Source: the human T2T-CHM13v2.0 reference genome, Homo sapiens
Direction: 5' to 3' (one strand)
DNA: 64,000 nucleotides
Assembly (NCBI RefSeq): GCF_009914755.1
Contig: NC_060932.1
Position numbers and translations under genes: made by a program. Numbering within the stretch: position 1 is the first letter of the stretch; each line of letters starts with the position of its first letter. A model generated the notes under the pieces. It was not told the origin of the DNA. It saw only the letters and a program-made list of their open reading frames with translations, and did no database searches. Below, piece after piece: positions 14,299-27,845 of the stretch.

Positions 14299-17200
14299 AG
14301 TCGATTATCTTTTAAATATATTTAAATGAGGAAAATATCTCATACATTTACCCAGACAGTTACCATTTCAAATGTTCTTTCTTTAAAATAGATTCATATT
14401 TCCATCTGGCATTATTTTCCTTTTGCCTAAAGGACTTCCTTTAATTTAAGGAATGTTTAAATATGTTTAACATATCTGTACTGTGGGTTTGCTGGTGATA
14501 AATTTTCTGTGTTTTTGTGTGTCTAAAAAAATCATTATTTGTCTTTATTTTTAAAATTTATTTTTTCTGTGTATAGAATTCTAGGTTGGCAATTTGATGT
14601 TTATTCCTTCAGTACTTTACCAGCACTTCACTGACATTATTTACTATAAGAAATTTGCTATTATTATTATCTTTGTTCCTATTTATGTATCATGCTATTT
14701 TATTCTGATGTGTTAAGATTTTCTCTTTATTATTAGTTTTCATAAATTTAATTATGATGTGCCTTCGTGTAGTTTTCTTCATGTTTTTTGTCCTTATAGC
14801 CACTGAGCTTCTTGAATCTGTGGAATTATAATTTTCATTAAGTTCAGAAAAATTTTAGCCTTTTTTTTTTGTATCGTGCCCTTTTTCTTTACCCTTTTGG
14901 AGAATTCAATTACCTATATATGAGCTATTTGAAGTTGTCCCACAGGATAATACTATTCTTTTTATTCATTTCTTTCTCTATGTCTTTCATTTTAGATAGT
15001 TTCTACTGTGATGTATTTAAGTTCATTAATCTTTTCTTCTGCACTGTCAAATTTGTTGTGAATCCCAATGAATATTGATTTTATCTTAGACACTATTTTC
15101 ATCTAGAAATTTTATTGGTATTATTTTTATATCTTCCATAGCTTTGACTGTTAGTATAGTTGATAGAGTTATATTATCTGTTTTAATGTTTTTGTCTGTT
15201 AATTCTAACATCTGGGTGAGTTTGGGTCTGATTTTGATTTTTCTTATCATCATGGCTCATATTTTCCTGCCTCTTTGCATGACTGGCCATCTTTGACTGG
15301 ATGCTTGAAATTGTAATTTTATATTACTGGGTGCTAGATATTTTTATATTTCTATCAATATTTTTGAGCTTTGTTTTTGGATTCAGGTAAGTCGCTTAGA
15401 AACAGATCTTTTTGCATCTTGCTTTTCAGATGTGTAATGCAGGAGCAGTACAGCAGTTTAGTCTAGAGTTACTTATTTCTGACCAATGAGGCAAAGTCCT
15501 TCTGTGAACTCTACTTAATGCCCCTGAATTATGAGATTTTCAAGTCAGGCTGGTGCCAACAAGAAATATTCCAAGAACTGTGTACATGCCAGATTTCCGC
15601 TAATTGTTTTGAATGGCTTTCTGGACTCAGATGGTTTCCTCACATGCATGTACTGATCAGTACTCAAGGGAGACTCTCTGCAGACCTCTGGGATCTCTTT
15701 CTGCTCAACATTTTCTTCTCCAGAACTCTTCCCTGCAAAATCTAGCTACCTTAAGCATCCTTAGATTTTTAGTTCCACTTCTACTCAGGGAGTCCACTGG
15801 GCTTTGCATGGGTTGTCCCTCTCTGTTCTGTGGTCTGGAAATTCTTTTGAGGCAATATATCTGGAACAATCGTATGGCTTACTTAGTCGGTTTCTTGTTT
15901 CTTTCGCATTGCTGTCCTTCATTGCCTGATGTTCAGTGTCTTGAAAGCCATTGTAACGTATATTCTTGTCTGTTTTCTTTTGTTTCTTGTTATTTCAGCT
16001 GGGAGGTTAAATCTGGCCCCTTCTTAACTAGAAATAGAAGCAATTCCCATACTCTTTTTAATTTTTTGATATTATTTATCAGACTTTGGGTTTGTTTAGA
16101 TATCTGTCTATTTTCTCTCTCACTGGAGATCAGGTACTCTGTTGTGTTCACATTTTTTGAACATTAGTGAATGAATAAATGAATGAAGTATATGATCTAA
16201 AATGACAATGAACATAGAAATCTTGAAACTTTCTGTAATCACCTACCAAGTTATCTTGCCTTATAATTGTTTTATGTTGATAATCAGTGGCTCTTTTCTA
16301 AAGAATTTGCAACATTTTATTGATAATTGCCCACTGTTTCTAGTGGTAAGAAAAGAGTCCTTTCTCCTCAGTTTGCAGAAGAAAAAGTAGAGCATTTAAA
16401 ACTTTTTTAGAGTGTCAAGCAAAGGTTGTTTGCATTATAAAATCAATGAAAATACTGAAGCTTTTCATCTCTGAAAAATATTGAATATGTAAATTAGGGC
16501 ACAAATTTTAGTTTGCTCTTAGGTAGTTTGATGATAATTATGAGAGTTATATTATTTAAATCTAAGCTCTTGAGAGTTCTTTCTTTTTTATATTTCTAAG
16601 AGAGCCCAACCTTATGTTAATGTACAAATTCTTTTTGAGTATTAGTGAATCAATAGTTTTCACAAATTATCTAACTCCTCATTATCCTCACTTTCCAGTA
16701 TGAGAAATCTCATTTAATTTAAGATAAGATAATATCTGTTACTGTAATAATTCAGTTCTGACAAATTTTAATTTTATTTTAAAATACTGGCAGAAGGTAA
16801 AATCTCAAATATGAAATTCTCCTTTTGACTTTATCTATCTATTTATCTTTTGGAACTCATGGTTTTCCACTTGCTTTTTTCCATTAACATATCTTGAAGA
16901 TTTTTTCTCTATTAGCTTTTATAATTTTACCTTTTTCTTTTAATTGCTGCAGAATATTTCTCATGTACATGTATTATAATTTACATAATCAATCTTCCAT
17001 TGAAGTTTTAAATGGAATTCTTTGTGCAACTAAGAATATTACTATCAACCACACCTTTTTATGTTTGATATGAAACATCTGTGAACCTTTTAGGATTTGT
17101 ATTTAATTTAATGAATTTTCTGGAATTTTTGGACCATTCCATTGGGGACATTTAGATAATTTCTGGCCAAGATAAAGTGTGACTGCTTTGAAAAGTCTAC

Positions 17201-17573
17201 AAAAGCAACCTTTACAAAAGCTTCTCTTGGCAAAGCACAGCCTAGAACCAAGCCAATAGCATTTTTCAGCTTCACTGCATTCATGGCTTTTGAGGCCATG
17301 AGGTGTCAGTATCCTTTCTGTAGATGTTTCAGAAGAATGCCTCAATTCATATTTCACTTGTGGGATTTTGTAGTTTGGCATAAATGAACACTACAAATAG
17401 GTTCTAGTTTGGTGACCATATATTACAAAAATGGTTGGATTCATATTTATGTATATTCGTGAATTTCAGGTTTTTTGAAATTGATATCCAGCCTGTGAAA
17501 TCAGGTGTAATGTTTTCAAAAGTAAAATTTAGTATTACTAACACGTTTCAAATACTATTTTATAATACATTTG

Positions 17574-19881
17574 TTTATTAGTCTGTTCTCATATTGCTAT
17601 ATAGGACTGCCTGAGACTGGGCAATTTATAAAGTAAAAAGGTTTAATTGACTAATAATTCCACATGGCTAGGGAGGCCTCAGAAAACTTACAGTTATGGC
17701 AGAATGGGAAGAAAACACATCCTTCTTCACATGATGACAGGAAAGAGAAGAATGAGAGCCAAGCGAAGGGGAAAGCCCCTTACAAAACCATCAGATCTTG
17801 TGAAAGCTTCCTATCATGAGAATAGCATGGGGAAAAACACACCCATGATTAAATTACCTCCACCTGGTCCCTCCCATGACATGTGGGGATTATGGAAACC
17901 ACAATTCAAGATAAGATTTGGGTGGAGGCAAAAACAAATCATATCATTCCATCCCTGGCCCCTCCCAAATCTCATGTCCTCACAATTCAAAACACAATCA
18001 TGCCTTTCCAATAGTCCCCCAAAGTGTTAACAAATTCCAGCATAACTCAAAAGCCAAGTCCAAAGTCTCATCTGAGACAAGGTAAGTTCCTTCTACCTAT
18101 GAACCTGTAAAATCAAATGCAAGTTAGTTACTTCCTAGATTCAATGAGGGTACAGGCATTGGGTAAATATACCCATTCCAAATGGGAGAAGTTGGTCAAA
18201 ACAAAGGGGCTGCAGGCCCCAATAGGACAGTCATTAAATCTTAAATTTCCAAAATCATCTCCTTTGACTCCATGTCTCACATCCAGGGCACTCTGATGCA
18301 AGAGGTGGTGGCCTTGGGCAGCTCCACCCCTGTGGCTTTGCAGGGTACAGCCCCCTTCCTGGCTGCTTTCATGGGCTGGCCTTGAGCGTGGCATTGCCAG
18401 GTGCATGGTCCAAGCTGTCAGTGGCAGTACCATTCTGGGGTTTGGAGGATGGTGGCCCTCCTCTCACATCTCCACTAGGCAGTGCCCCAGTGGGACTCTG
18501 TGTGTGGACTCTGACTCCACATTTCTCTTCCACACTGCTCTAGCAGAGGTTCTTCATGAAGGCTCCACCCCTGCAGCAAACTTCTGCCTGGACATCCAGG
18601 CATTTACATATATCCTCTGAAATCAAGATGGAGGTTTTCCAACCTCAATTCTTGACTTCTTTGCACTAGCAGGCTCAACACCACATGGAAGCTGTCAAAG
18701 CTTGGGGCTTGTACCCTCCGAAGCCAAAACCTGAGCTGTACCTTGACCCCTTTTAGTTACTGCTGGAGTGGCTGGGATGCAGCGCACCAAGTCAATAGGC
18801 TGCACACAGCAGGGGGGTCCTGGACCTGCTATCAGGAAGCCATTTTTTCCTCCTAGGCCTTCAGGCCTGTGATGGGAGGGGCCACCGTAAAGGTCTCTGA
18901 CATGCCCTGGAGACATATTCTCCATTGTCTTGGTGATTAATATGTAGCTTCTTGTTACTTATGTAAACTTCTGCAGCAGGCTTGAATTTCTCCCCAGAAG
19001 ATGGGGTTTCCTTTTCTATTGCATCATCAGGCTGCAAATTTTCCAAACTTTTATGCTCTGCTTCTTCTTGAATGCTTTGCTGCTTAGAAATTTCTTCCAC
19101 AAGATACCCTAAATCATCTCTCTCAAGTTCAAAGCTCCACAGATCTCTAGGGCAGGGGCAAAATGCCACCAGTGTCTTTGCTAAAGCATAACAAGAGTCA
19201 CTGTTACTCCAGTTCCCGACAAATTCCTCATCTCAGTCTGAAACCATCTCAGCATGAACTTCATTGCCCTTATTACTATCAGCATTTTGGTCAAAGCCAT
19301 TCAATACATGTCTAGGAAGTTCCAAACTTTCCCACATCTTTCTGTCTTCTGAGCCCTCCAAGTCTCTAGGAAGTTCCAAACTTTCCCACATTTTCCTGTC
19401 TTCTGAGCCCTCCAAAGTGTTCTAAACTCTGCCTGTTACCCAGTTCCGAACTCACTCCCACATTTTTGGGTATACTTATAGCACTCCACTCCTGGTACCA
19501 ATTTACTGTATTAGTCCATTCTCACACTGCTATAAAGTACTGACTGAGATGGTAATTTATAAAGGCTAAAGATCTAATTTAATCACAGTTCAGCATGGCT
19601 GGAGAGGCCTCAGGAAACTTACAATCATGGTGGAAGGGGAAGCAAACATGTCTTTCTTGACATGATGGCAGAAAGGAGAAGAATGAGAGCTGAGCCAAGG
19701 AGGAAGGCCATTAGAAAACCATCAGATATCATGAGAACTTATTCACTATCATGAGAATGCCATGTGGGGAACCACCCCCATGATTCAATTACCTCCACCT
19801 GGTCCCTACCGTGACATATGGGCATTATGGAAACTACAATTCAAGATGAGATTTGGGTGGGGACACAGCCACACCATATAA
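17574..19881 (-). mobile_element. Full-length THE1 (MaLR) provirus: LTR 17574-17946, internal 17947-19506, LTR 19507-19881
   Basis: Two ~370-bp direct LTRs (TATTAGTC..TTCTCA...GAGATTTGGGTGG) flank a 1.56-kb THE1-int with characteristic ORF remnants (MWESLELPRD, LWSFELERDDLGYL). Confidence 0.92.
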
Positions 19882-20444
19882 GCTTGATCAAATAAACTTT
19901 TTTCAAAAAAAAAAAGAAGAACAGAAGATCATTTTGAAAATAACAAAAATGTGCCACACATTTAATACTTTTTCTTCTAAAAGCTTTAGATGCTTCCTTA
20001 GATATCATCAAATTATATGTCACTGCAGTCCTGGAAGAAAGATCAGTGATAGGAATTGTAGGCATTTATGGGCTTCATGGTTTTGTCCAAGATAAAAAGA
20101 GGAACCCCTATTTATTGCTCACATCCTTTAGAAAAGTAACTTACCATACATTGTCTCTTGTTAGCCTCAGAACATCAACGTAAGGGAGGTATTATTAGCC
20201 CTGAGGTTCAATGACATTAAGAGTTTAAACAAAGCCATACACCTAGAAAGTGAAAGTGAGGGTTTGAACTCAGGTCTTTCTTTTTTCAAATCTTGTGCTT
20301 TTTCCTCCAAAAGGAATATTTTTTTTCCACTATAGAATACATTTTTTGTGTATGTGCACATGCATACATGTGTGTATGGAGAGTTGCTCCAGAATTCTCA
20401 TACATTTCTATATCCTAATGTAAAGGGAAAAAAAATCCACATAG

Positions 20445-20770
<326 letters not shown>

Positions 20771-22838
20771 AAGAAAATAAATTGATAGGAGATGGAGTCC
20801 TTACTAAGAATTTGATTTTTTGACAGTTTAAAGAAAAACACATTTTTAAAAATATATATTCCTTCTTTGATTTTCACTGGAATTAGAAAAAGGAGAATAA
20901 TGTTCTCATGAGAGAAGTGTCCTAGCATAATAAAAGCAAAGCCTAAGAATGAATTGTTTAGTAAGAGATTTCCTGTGGCTAGGACTGGAGGCAAATTTTT
21001 TTGAACAGTACTGTCTGACATATATTCAAAGTTGTTTACTATTCTATGTGATCATTATCCTCTTTGTCTTTAAATCTTCAAATTGGTTACATATAATATC
21101 CTTGTGTTTGTTTTAATTTGGGTAATGAGGGAGAAGATGATGGCCATGGTGGGCAAAATAAGAAAGGGCTTAGCAGTACAGAAGGCTAACCATGAACAGC
21201 AATCAAGGATTAAGCAGGGGCAGCAACTTAAAGGGGGAGGGAGAGGAGATTTCACTTCTCTTCCAGATTTCCATTCTGTTCTTCTCAGAGAATCTGCAGC
21301 AATATTAGAACACTAGACTTCTCATAGTAAGTGGAATGGGGACTAAAACCTAAAAGACTTGGGAATTCTGGGGAGGAGGGTGGAAGACTTGGGGATATTT
21401 GATTTAAATAACTTTCATAATCATTAGGCTTTCTTGTTTTACCATTTTGGGTAGCTATAAGATACCTCACAAAAATATTCCTGTAGTTACCTTCAGTATC
21501 TCTGAAGTGATAACTTATTAATAAAATTATCATTAGTGCCCTCATGAGACATAGAAAATGCTTGGTTGCATTCTCTCTTCCTTTATTTCCTCTTTCTTTT
21601 TGCATATTTGGGGGGTATGTGTCTATCTGCCGATGGGCAGAATTTTTTAAATATAGCAAGTGGCTTCCTAACAAGGTGTTTAAAATTCATAATGAACATG
21701 TTATAGGTTTTAGAAACAACCTCATTGTTAATAAGACTGAGAACTTGAGGCACAAAGAGAGTAACTCGTTTCAGCAGAATGTGGAATATAGGCACAATAG
21801 CATGAGGTAAAACAAGCTGTAGTATTTGCTAGATTATATAGGCAGTCAATACCATTGCCTTCATGTAATTTAATTCTTAGTTTTGATTTTCTGTTGAAGT
21901 AATTGATGGAAGATCAACATAAATTAAATAATATTTTCATTTTTTCTTAAAGACAAGTAATACAACTCTGTTTTGAGAAAATACTATTTAAAATATCTAT
22001 TTTTAATGTAATGATTCAGTTATCTATTTCTTTGAGTTTTCCTAAATTAAGTTTTGCTGTTAAAAAACCTTAACTAGATAAGCATCTGTTCCTTTTGCAT
22101 GGTTGGAGTCTACCCTCTTCCTAAGAATAAACTCATTTCAGTTATTTTTCTTTAATAAAGCCTGCTCTAAGACTGCCATTTATGATTCTCAATTTGAGTG
22201 GCCTTTTCTCAATGCCTGCAATTTAAGTACATAATATTTTCTATTGTTTTTCCTGCTTACTCTAGTAAATTACTGCCATTGTCCCCTGATCTACCTACTG
22301 TTTCAAATCTAAATTGACAATACAAAACAATTTGAATATTTGGAACAATATTTATCCTCTAACATAGGTCAGATATTAATAAATTCTTACAGAATCCCCA
22401 TTAAGAGAGGTGGCTGTGTCATGGCTAAGAGCATGGACTTTTAAATGAAATGCCTGGATTTTAATCCAGGCTTCACCACTTACAATTCTGTGAAACTGGA
22501 CAAATTTTAAAATCTCTCTTTAAATGGTTACCACATCTGGAAAATCTCAATGAAATAGCATATTTCCTATCTGGTTGTTGCAAGAAAAAAATATATATAT
22601 ATATATGTGCCAAATTACAGCAAAATCTATCCCATGGTATTTCATGTATTTTACATTAAAAAAGTACACTAAGAAGCAAATTCATTTAATAGTCAAAATA
22701 CCAATTAAAATAATCTCTAATGCAGTGGTATGTTGATTTAAATCATCCTTAATGTTATCTGCAGTATCTCAGTTGTTAGAGGAGATTATTTAATCCATGA
22801 ATAATAATATATTATTGAAAGCACAAGTATATTGGCAT

Positions 22839-22953
22839 CTGTCTTAGTCAGTCCTGGCTGCTGTAACAGAATACCATAGACTGGGTAGCTTAAACAACAT
22901 TTATTCCTGAGTTTTGGAGGCTGGGAAGTCCAAGTTCAGAGCACCAGCAGATC
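22839..22953 (-). mobile_element. MLT1A/B-like LTR fragment
   Basis: TGTCTTAGTC...GCTGCTGTAACAGAATACCATAGACTGGGTAGCTTAAACAACA. Confidence 0.65.
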
Positions 22954-24087
22954 TCCAACTCTTGGTGCACATCAGTAACCCAAGTCTCCTCTCCTTGAGT
23001 GTGGATGGAAACTGTGATTTGTTTCTTAACCAATAGAATATGGCAAAGGTGATAGGATGTATGTGATTATGTGCATGTGATTATATAAGATTGTAATGCG
23101 TGTCTTGTGAAAAGCCTTTCTTTTTTGTTGGCTTTGTAGAGGAAAGCTGCTGTGCTGTAAGAAGTCCACAGGGCAAGAAACTTAGGCCCTCGGTCTGGCA
23201 ACCCACAAGATACTGAATATTCCTAGTAGTTACATGGGCAAAGAAGTGGAACTTTCTCCTCTCAAGCTTTAGAGAAACTACTAGGCTGACACCTTGGTTG
23301 TAGCCTTGCAGAATACTCAGTTAAGCTGTGCTCACACTCCTGACTCACAGAACCTGTGAGACAGTAAAAGCATTTTTATGGTACTAAGTTTGTGGTAATA
23401 GGTAGGTAATTAACACAGAATCTTTGCTCTGTAGTGGCAGAAAGCTTAGCAAAATTGTCTCCTACAATTTATATGGAAAGAAGAATTTGTAAATATCATG
23501 CACATAGTTATCTAGCTAAGGAGATTTTTGAGGAAAGTATTGAATATTCTGCCTAATTTCTTCTTGCTGCTTACGGTAAGATGCAAGAGGAGAGGTATAA
23601 ATTGACAGAACTGTTAAACAAAAACAAACAAGGGCTGGATGACTTAGGAAATGCTCGGCCTCTCCAGAGACAAAAAACCCCATGACATTTGAGAAATGAC
23701 TCCAGTCCCTGCCACAAATGAAGGTCTAAAGAAAAACATGGGGGTGTGATTGTACAACCTTTTGTTAAAAACCTCGGAAAAATCAAAGGACTAGAGTAGT
23801 CTTCAGTTACATAAACTGCCCTTTCAAGAGATTGAAATTGTGCCTCATGGAACTTTTTGATTAAATGATAGTATCTCTAAGAAGTTAAGTGTATTGTCCT
23901 TTTGTCTAATGGAGTGAACCTCAGTGAAATTCACAGGAGTCCTACGAAGTATTTGAGAAAATTGTTACAGCAAAAGCAATGTTAACTGGAACTGAAAGTG
24001 GCAGAGAATAAAATGTGAAAGAGGCTTCTGGACCCTCAAATTTTAGGCAGGAGCAGGCTGTTAAAATTACTCAGCTGCAAACATGTA

Positions 24088-24090
<3 letters not shown>

Positions 24091-24156
<66 letters not shown>
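24091..24156. repeat. Compound microsatellite (TC)14(AC)19
   Basis: Read directly. Confidence 0.97.
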
Positions 24157-24158
<2 letters not shown>

Positions 24159-24513
24159 AGGATGATTCAGAGGGCAAAGCTGAGAGCCATGAAGAATTAT
24201 CCTATGCTGAGAAACCTAGTTAAGAACATTTTTAAATTTGCCAGGCTGGATTTCAGAATTGCTATGGACCAGTGACGACTTTGTACCTTCTATTTCCCCC
24301 ATTTTGAACAAGAATGTCTGTATGTCTATAGATGTTTTCTTATGCCTGTTCAACCACTATATGTTGGGTGTGTGGGTGGGCAAATAACTTGTCTTTTTAG
24401 TTTGACAGATTGACAGATCAATTTAAACAGCCTTCATCAATGCCTGGACCTGATTTAGATAATACAATTCTGGATATTGTGCAGATGCTATAACAGGGTG
24501 GAACTCTGGGGGA

Positions 24514-24600
24514 CCTTGGGAGAGGATGAGTGTATTTTGCACGTGAGAAGAATGATTCACATTCTTCTCACGTGCAAAATACACTCATCCTCTCCCAAGG
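24514..24600. repeat. Perfect 41-bp inverted repeat with 5-nt spacer
   Basis: CCTTGGGAGAGGATGAGTGTATTTTGCACGTGAGAAGAATG-ATTCA-CATTCTTCTCACGTGCAAAATACACTCATCCTCTCCCAAGG. Confidence 0.97.
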
Positions 24601-25610
24601 GGGGCCAGAGGGTGAACTGTGGCAGACAGAATGTAGGGTGCCTCCATGGTCTCCACCTCCCACATATTTATGCCTTTATGCAGCCACTTTTCCTTAGTGT
24701 GAGTGGGATCCATGGCTCACTTCTAACCAATGTCAAAAGAGATGTATGTATGTAATTACATGAATGTGATTTAGTCACATATGATTGCAATTGTATCTTG
24801 CAAGGTGACTCTCTTTTTCCCTTGCTGGCTTTGAAGAAGCAAGCTACCATGTTATAAGATACACATGAAGAGGGTCCCATGGCAAGAAACTGAGAGCAGC
24901 CTCTGGCCAATAGCCAATAAGGAACCAAGATCCTCAGTCCAGTAGCCTACAAGAAACTGAATGCTGCCAACAATCACAGGAGTGAGGAAGCAGATCCTTT
25001 CCTAATTGAGCCTTAGAGAGGAAACCCTGGCCTATACCTTGATTGTTACCTTGCAGAAGAGCCAGCTAAGCTGTGCCTAGACTCCTAACCTATATAAACT
25101 GTGAAATAATAACCATGTGTTTTTGTAAGGTACCAACTTTGGGGTAACATTGTTGCACAAGCAGTCAACAATAAATACATAGAATTTACTAAAATGTAAG
25201 TTTCATGATTGCAAATAATTTTGCACATACCTAGAAATGGGTCTGGAATTTGGAGGTGTTCAGTAAATATTGGTAGGAAATAAAGAAGTCAGAAAGAAAG
25301 GGAGGAAGCACAGGACAGCCACTGAGACATCAGTGTGGTCTTGCGAGCAGACTACTGATGTGTCATGTGATTTGCTGGTACAAAGTAAGTTTGGTAGGAT
25401 GTGCTGGAAAAGTTTTTTTCTACATGATTTTGTATCTGTGTCAAATGAATATGGTTATTTACATATTGAGTTGAGGGATTTACATGTAGGTGTTTGGTTA
25501 GGAGGAAGAAATGACATGGATGTCAAGTTTACAATTTCTCAGTACTACCCTATTCCCTAATATTGTGATAAGAACTAGTTATAGCAGTCCAATCTCAAGA
25601 AATAGCTCCA

Positions 25611-25882
25611 CTACTTCTCACTTCTGAGAATATATCATGATTATATATTATAAATATATAATTATATGTATTGCATATATTATATGTAATTATAATATGT
25701 ATTATTGCATATATAATACGTAATATAACATATAATATATAATTATATATAATACATATATAATTATAATGTATTTTATTCTCAGAGGTGATAAGTGGTT
25801 ATTATATAAGAGGTGGTTATATAATATATAATTACATATAATATATAGTATATAATATATATACTGTATATACATATATAAT
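25611..25882. repeat. AT-rich (TA)n-like low-complexity tract with flanking inverted arms
   Basis: Read directly; CACTTCTGAGAATA (25619) versus TATTCTCAGAGGTG (25777). Confidence 0.85.
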
Positions 25883-25884
25883 AC

Positions 25885-26225
25885 CTGTCAAGTAAATGGA
25901 ATCATACAGTATGTGATCTTTTGCATATTGCTTTTTCACTTAGCATAATACTGCTGAGGTTCATTCCTATTGTACTGTGTATCAGCAACTTCCTTTTTAC
26001 TGCTGAATAATGTGCTGTTGTATGGTTGTGTCACATTTTGTTTAACAATTCACCAGTCGATGAACATTTGAATTGTTTCAACTTTTTGTTTAATGAAAAC
26101 AATGCTGCCATAAATATGACTCATATCACATGAAAGTCTTTGTATGGATATATATTTTCATTTCTCTTGGGTAAATTTCTAGGTGTAAAATTGCTGGGTT
26201 ATATGATACATTTAAGTTAACTTTT
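25885..26225 (-). mobile_element. Old L1M 3' fragment
   Basis: AAATGGAATCATACAGTATGTG...CTTTTTCACTTAGCATAAT motif of L1M 3' UTRs. Confidence 0.75.
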
Positions 26226-27599
26226 GTCATGCTATCTTCAGGACAAGATTTAGAAAAACAAAACCTTGTAGTGCTTAACAATGCTCTTTATAAATAATAT
26301 TTCTTAAAGCTCTTTTGACTTGATTTGCATGTTTGAAAAAAAGGTGGAGTATGGGCTGCTTATTTTATATAACAAGGAATATTAAATGTATAAAAAAGCA
26401 CACCTTTAAGTGGAAAGGATATGTAGTACTCTAGTCAACTACTGATAGAAAGTATACATACAGAGAGAGATTAGGTATTACTTTAGAACCCCAATATTAC
26501 CCAAAATGATTCACTTATAGGAATACTTGAACCTATATTAAATGAAGGTAATTAAAAAAAATTAGATGCATGGATCTAATTATCACACATTTTGAGGAAG
26601 GAAATATAAGAAGCCATTTCATATACTTATTTATATAACATCTCTCAAGTGCAGAAACATAAAGCTAATTAGTGTAAATTAATGTACAAATAGAGAATTC
26701 ATAGCAAATAAAATGAGAAACTATGCTCAGAAAAGATTGCTTCTATTGTAATGAACTGCAAATGCCTTAGCATTTTCATTGGCTTGGTAAAAAGTTCATT
26801 GATCTGAATAAGGGGAATCATGAGTGTAACTGTAACTGTTTTTTTTTTTTTTTTCCAGAAACAAGCGTCACTACAGGCTTTATAAGATTAATAAAGTTTT
26901 CTAGGAATTAAGTACAAAATATCCAGAACAGCTTTCAACTCGTATGTTATGTGTATGATTCTTCTTCTCACTTTAATGTTAATTTACTTATTTGTGGAAT
27001 TCTAGCACAAAAAGGCACTTAGTGAAGATTAAAAGTGTAGTCTTTGGAATAAATATAAAAGGAAAATAACATCGATTTAGTTTGTCTTCCTCATAGGCTG
27101 CAAGAGATTAAAAAATGTAACATGATTTAAGAAGGAAAGGCATAAATTAATGAACAATAGATGATGGGTCTGAAGAAAGGTATATAAGATGGTTGTATAC
27201 GTTCCTAAGTGTTTTGGTTTGTTTATATGGAGGGCATCAATATTATCCCTGGAGACTTCTTCTAGGTACCATTGTCAAAGAGAGAATAATCAGCTACAGA
27301 GGCCATGGGTGCAACACGGTGTGGTATTTCTTCTGTTCTAAGCTCTAGGTATGAAAGGCTGGGCTATTCAAGAGACCAATACTAAGTGCATAACAATTCT
27401 TTACAATACCAAGCTTTTTAAAAAGTCACCATTTTTTTTTTGGTGTCCAGATGTCATACATACATTTTGCAATGGTAGGAAACTTAAAAAAAAATTATGT
27501 GTACACATAAAAGATTGCGTGAGTGTGTCTACACTAGGACTAAAATTTGGGGAATTTGTAAGTCAACTTCAGCATGGGAAAATTAACTGGCAACTGGGT

Positions 27600-27845
27600 A
27601 ACTAATGCTTTTTGAGTGACTACCATGTGCTAGGCACTGTTGTAATTGCTGTATACATGTTAACACATTTAATCTTCTTAACAGTCCTATGATGTGGGTA
27701 TAATTAGGGTCATTTCCATTTATTGGATGAGGAACCGTGAGGCACTGGGAGTTAGGTAAATGGCCCAAAATTACACAGCTTGGAAGTGCTGAGGTCAATA
27801 TTTGAACTCAGACAATCTGGCCCCAGATCTTACATTCTAAACTAA
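27600..27845 (-). mobile_element. MIR
   Basis: Antisense MIR core (GATGAGGAACCGTGAGGCAC...CCCAAAATTACACAGCT). Confidence 0.8.

Larger units (their letters stand above)
9975..16050 (-). mobile_element. Long old L1 (L1MB/L1MC-type), interrupted by younger insertions
   Basis: Antisense L1M 3' UTR at about 9975-10500, ORF2-like sequence through about 14900, and ORF1/5'-like sequence to about 16000. Confidence 0.75.
22955..25179 (+). mobile_element. Near full-length MLT1E/F-type MaLR provirus (LTR ~22955-23417, internal, LTR 24618-25179)
   Basis: Two homologous LTRs (shared GATGTATGT.ATTA, GGCAAGAAACT, AGTTAAGCTGTGC...ACTCCT.AC) flank a MLT1-int. Confidence 0.8.

Noticed and set aside
19311-19415. 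54-bp tandem duplication in THE1-int (MWESLELPRD twice)
   Set aside because: I recall this duplication as a common THE1 internal subfamily feature rather than a locus-specific event
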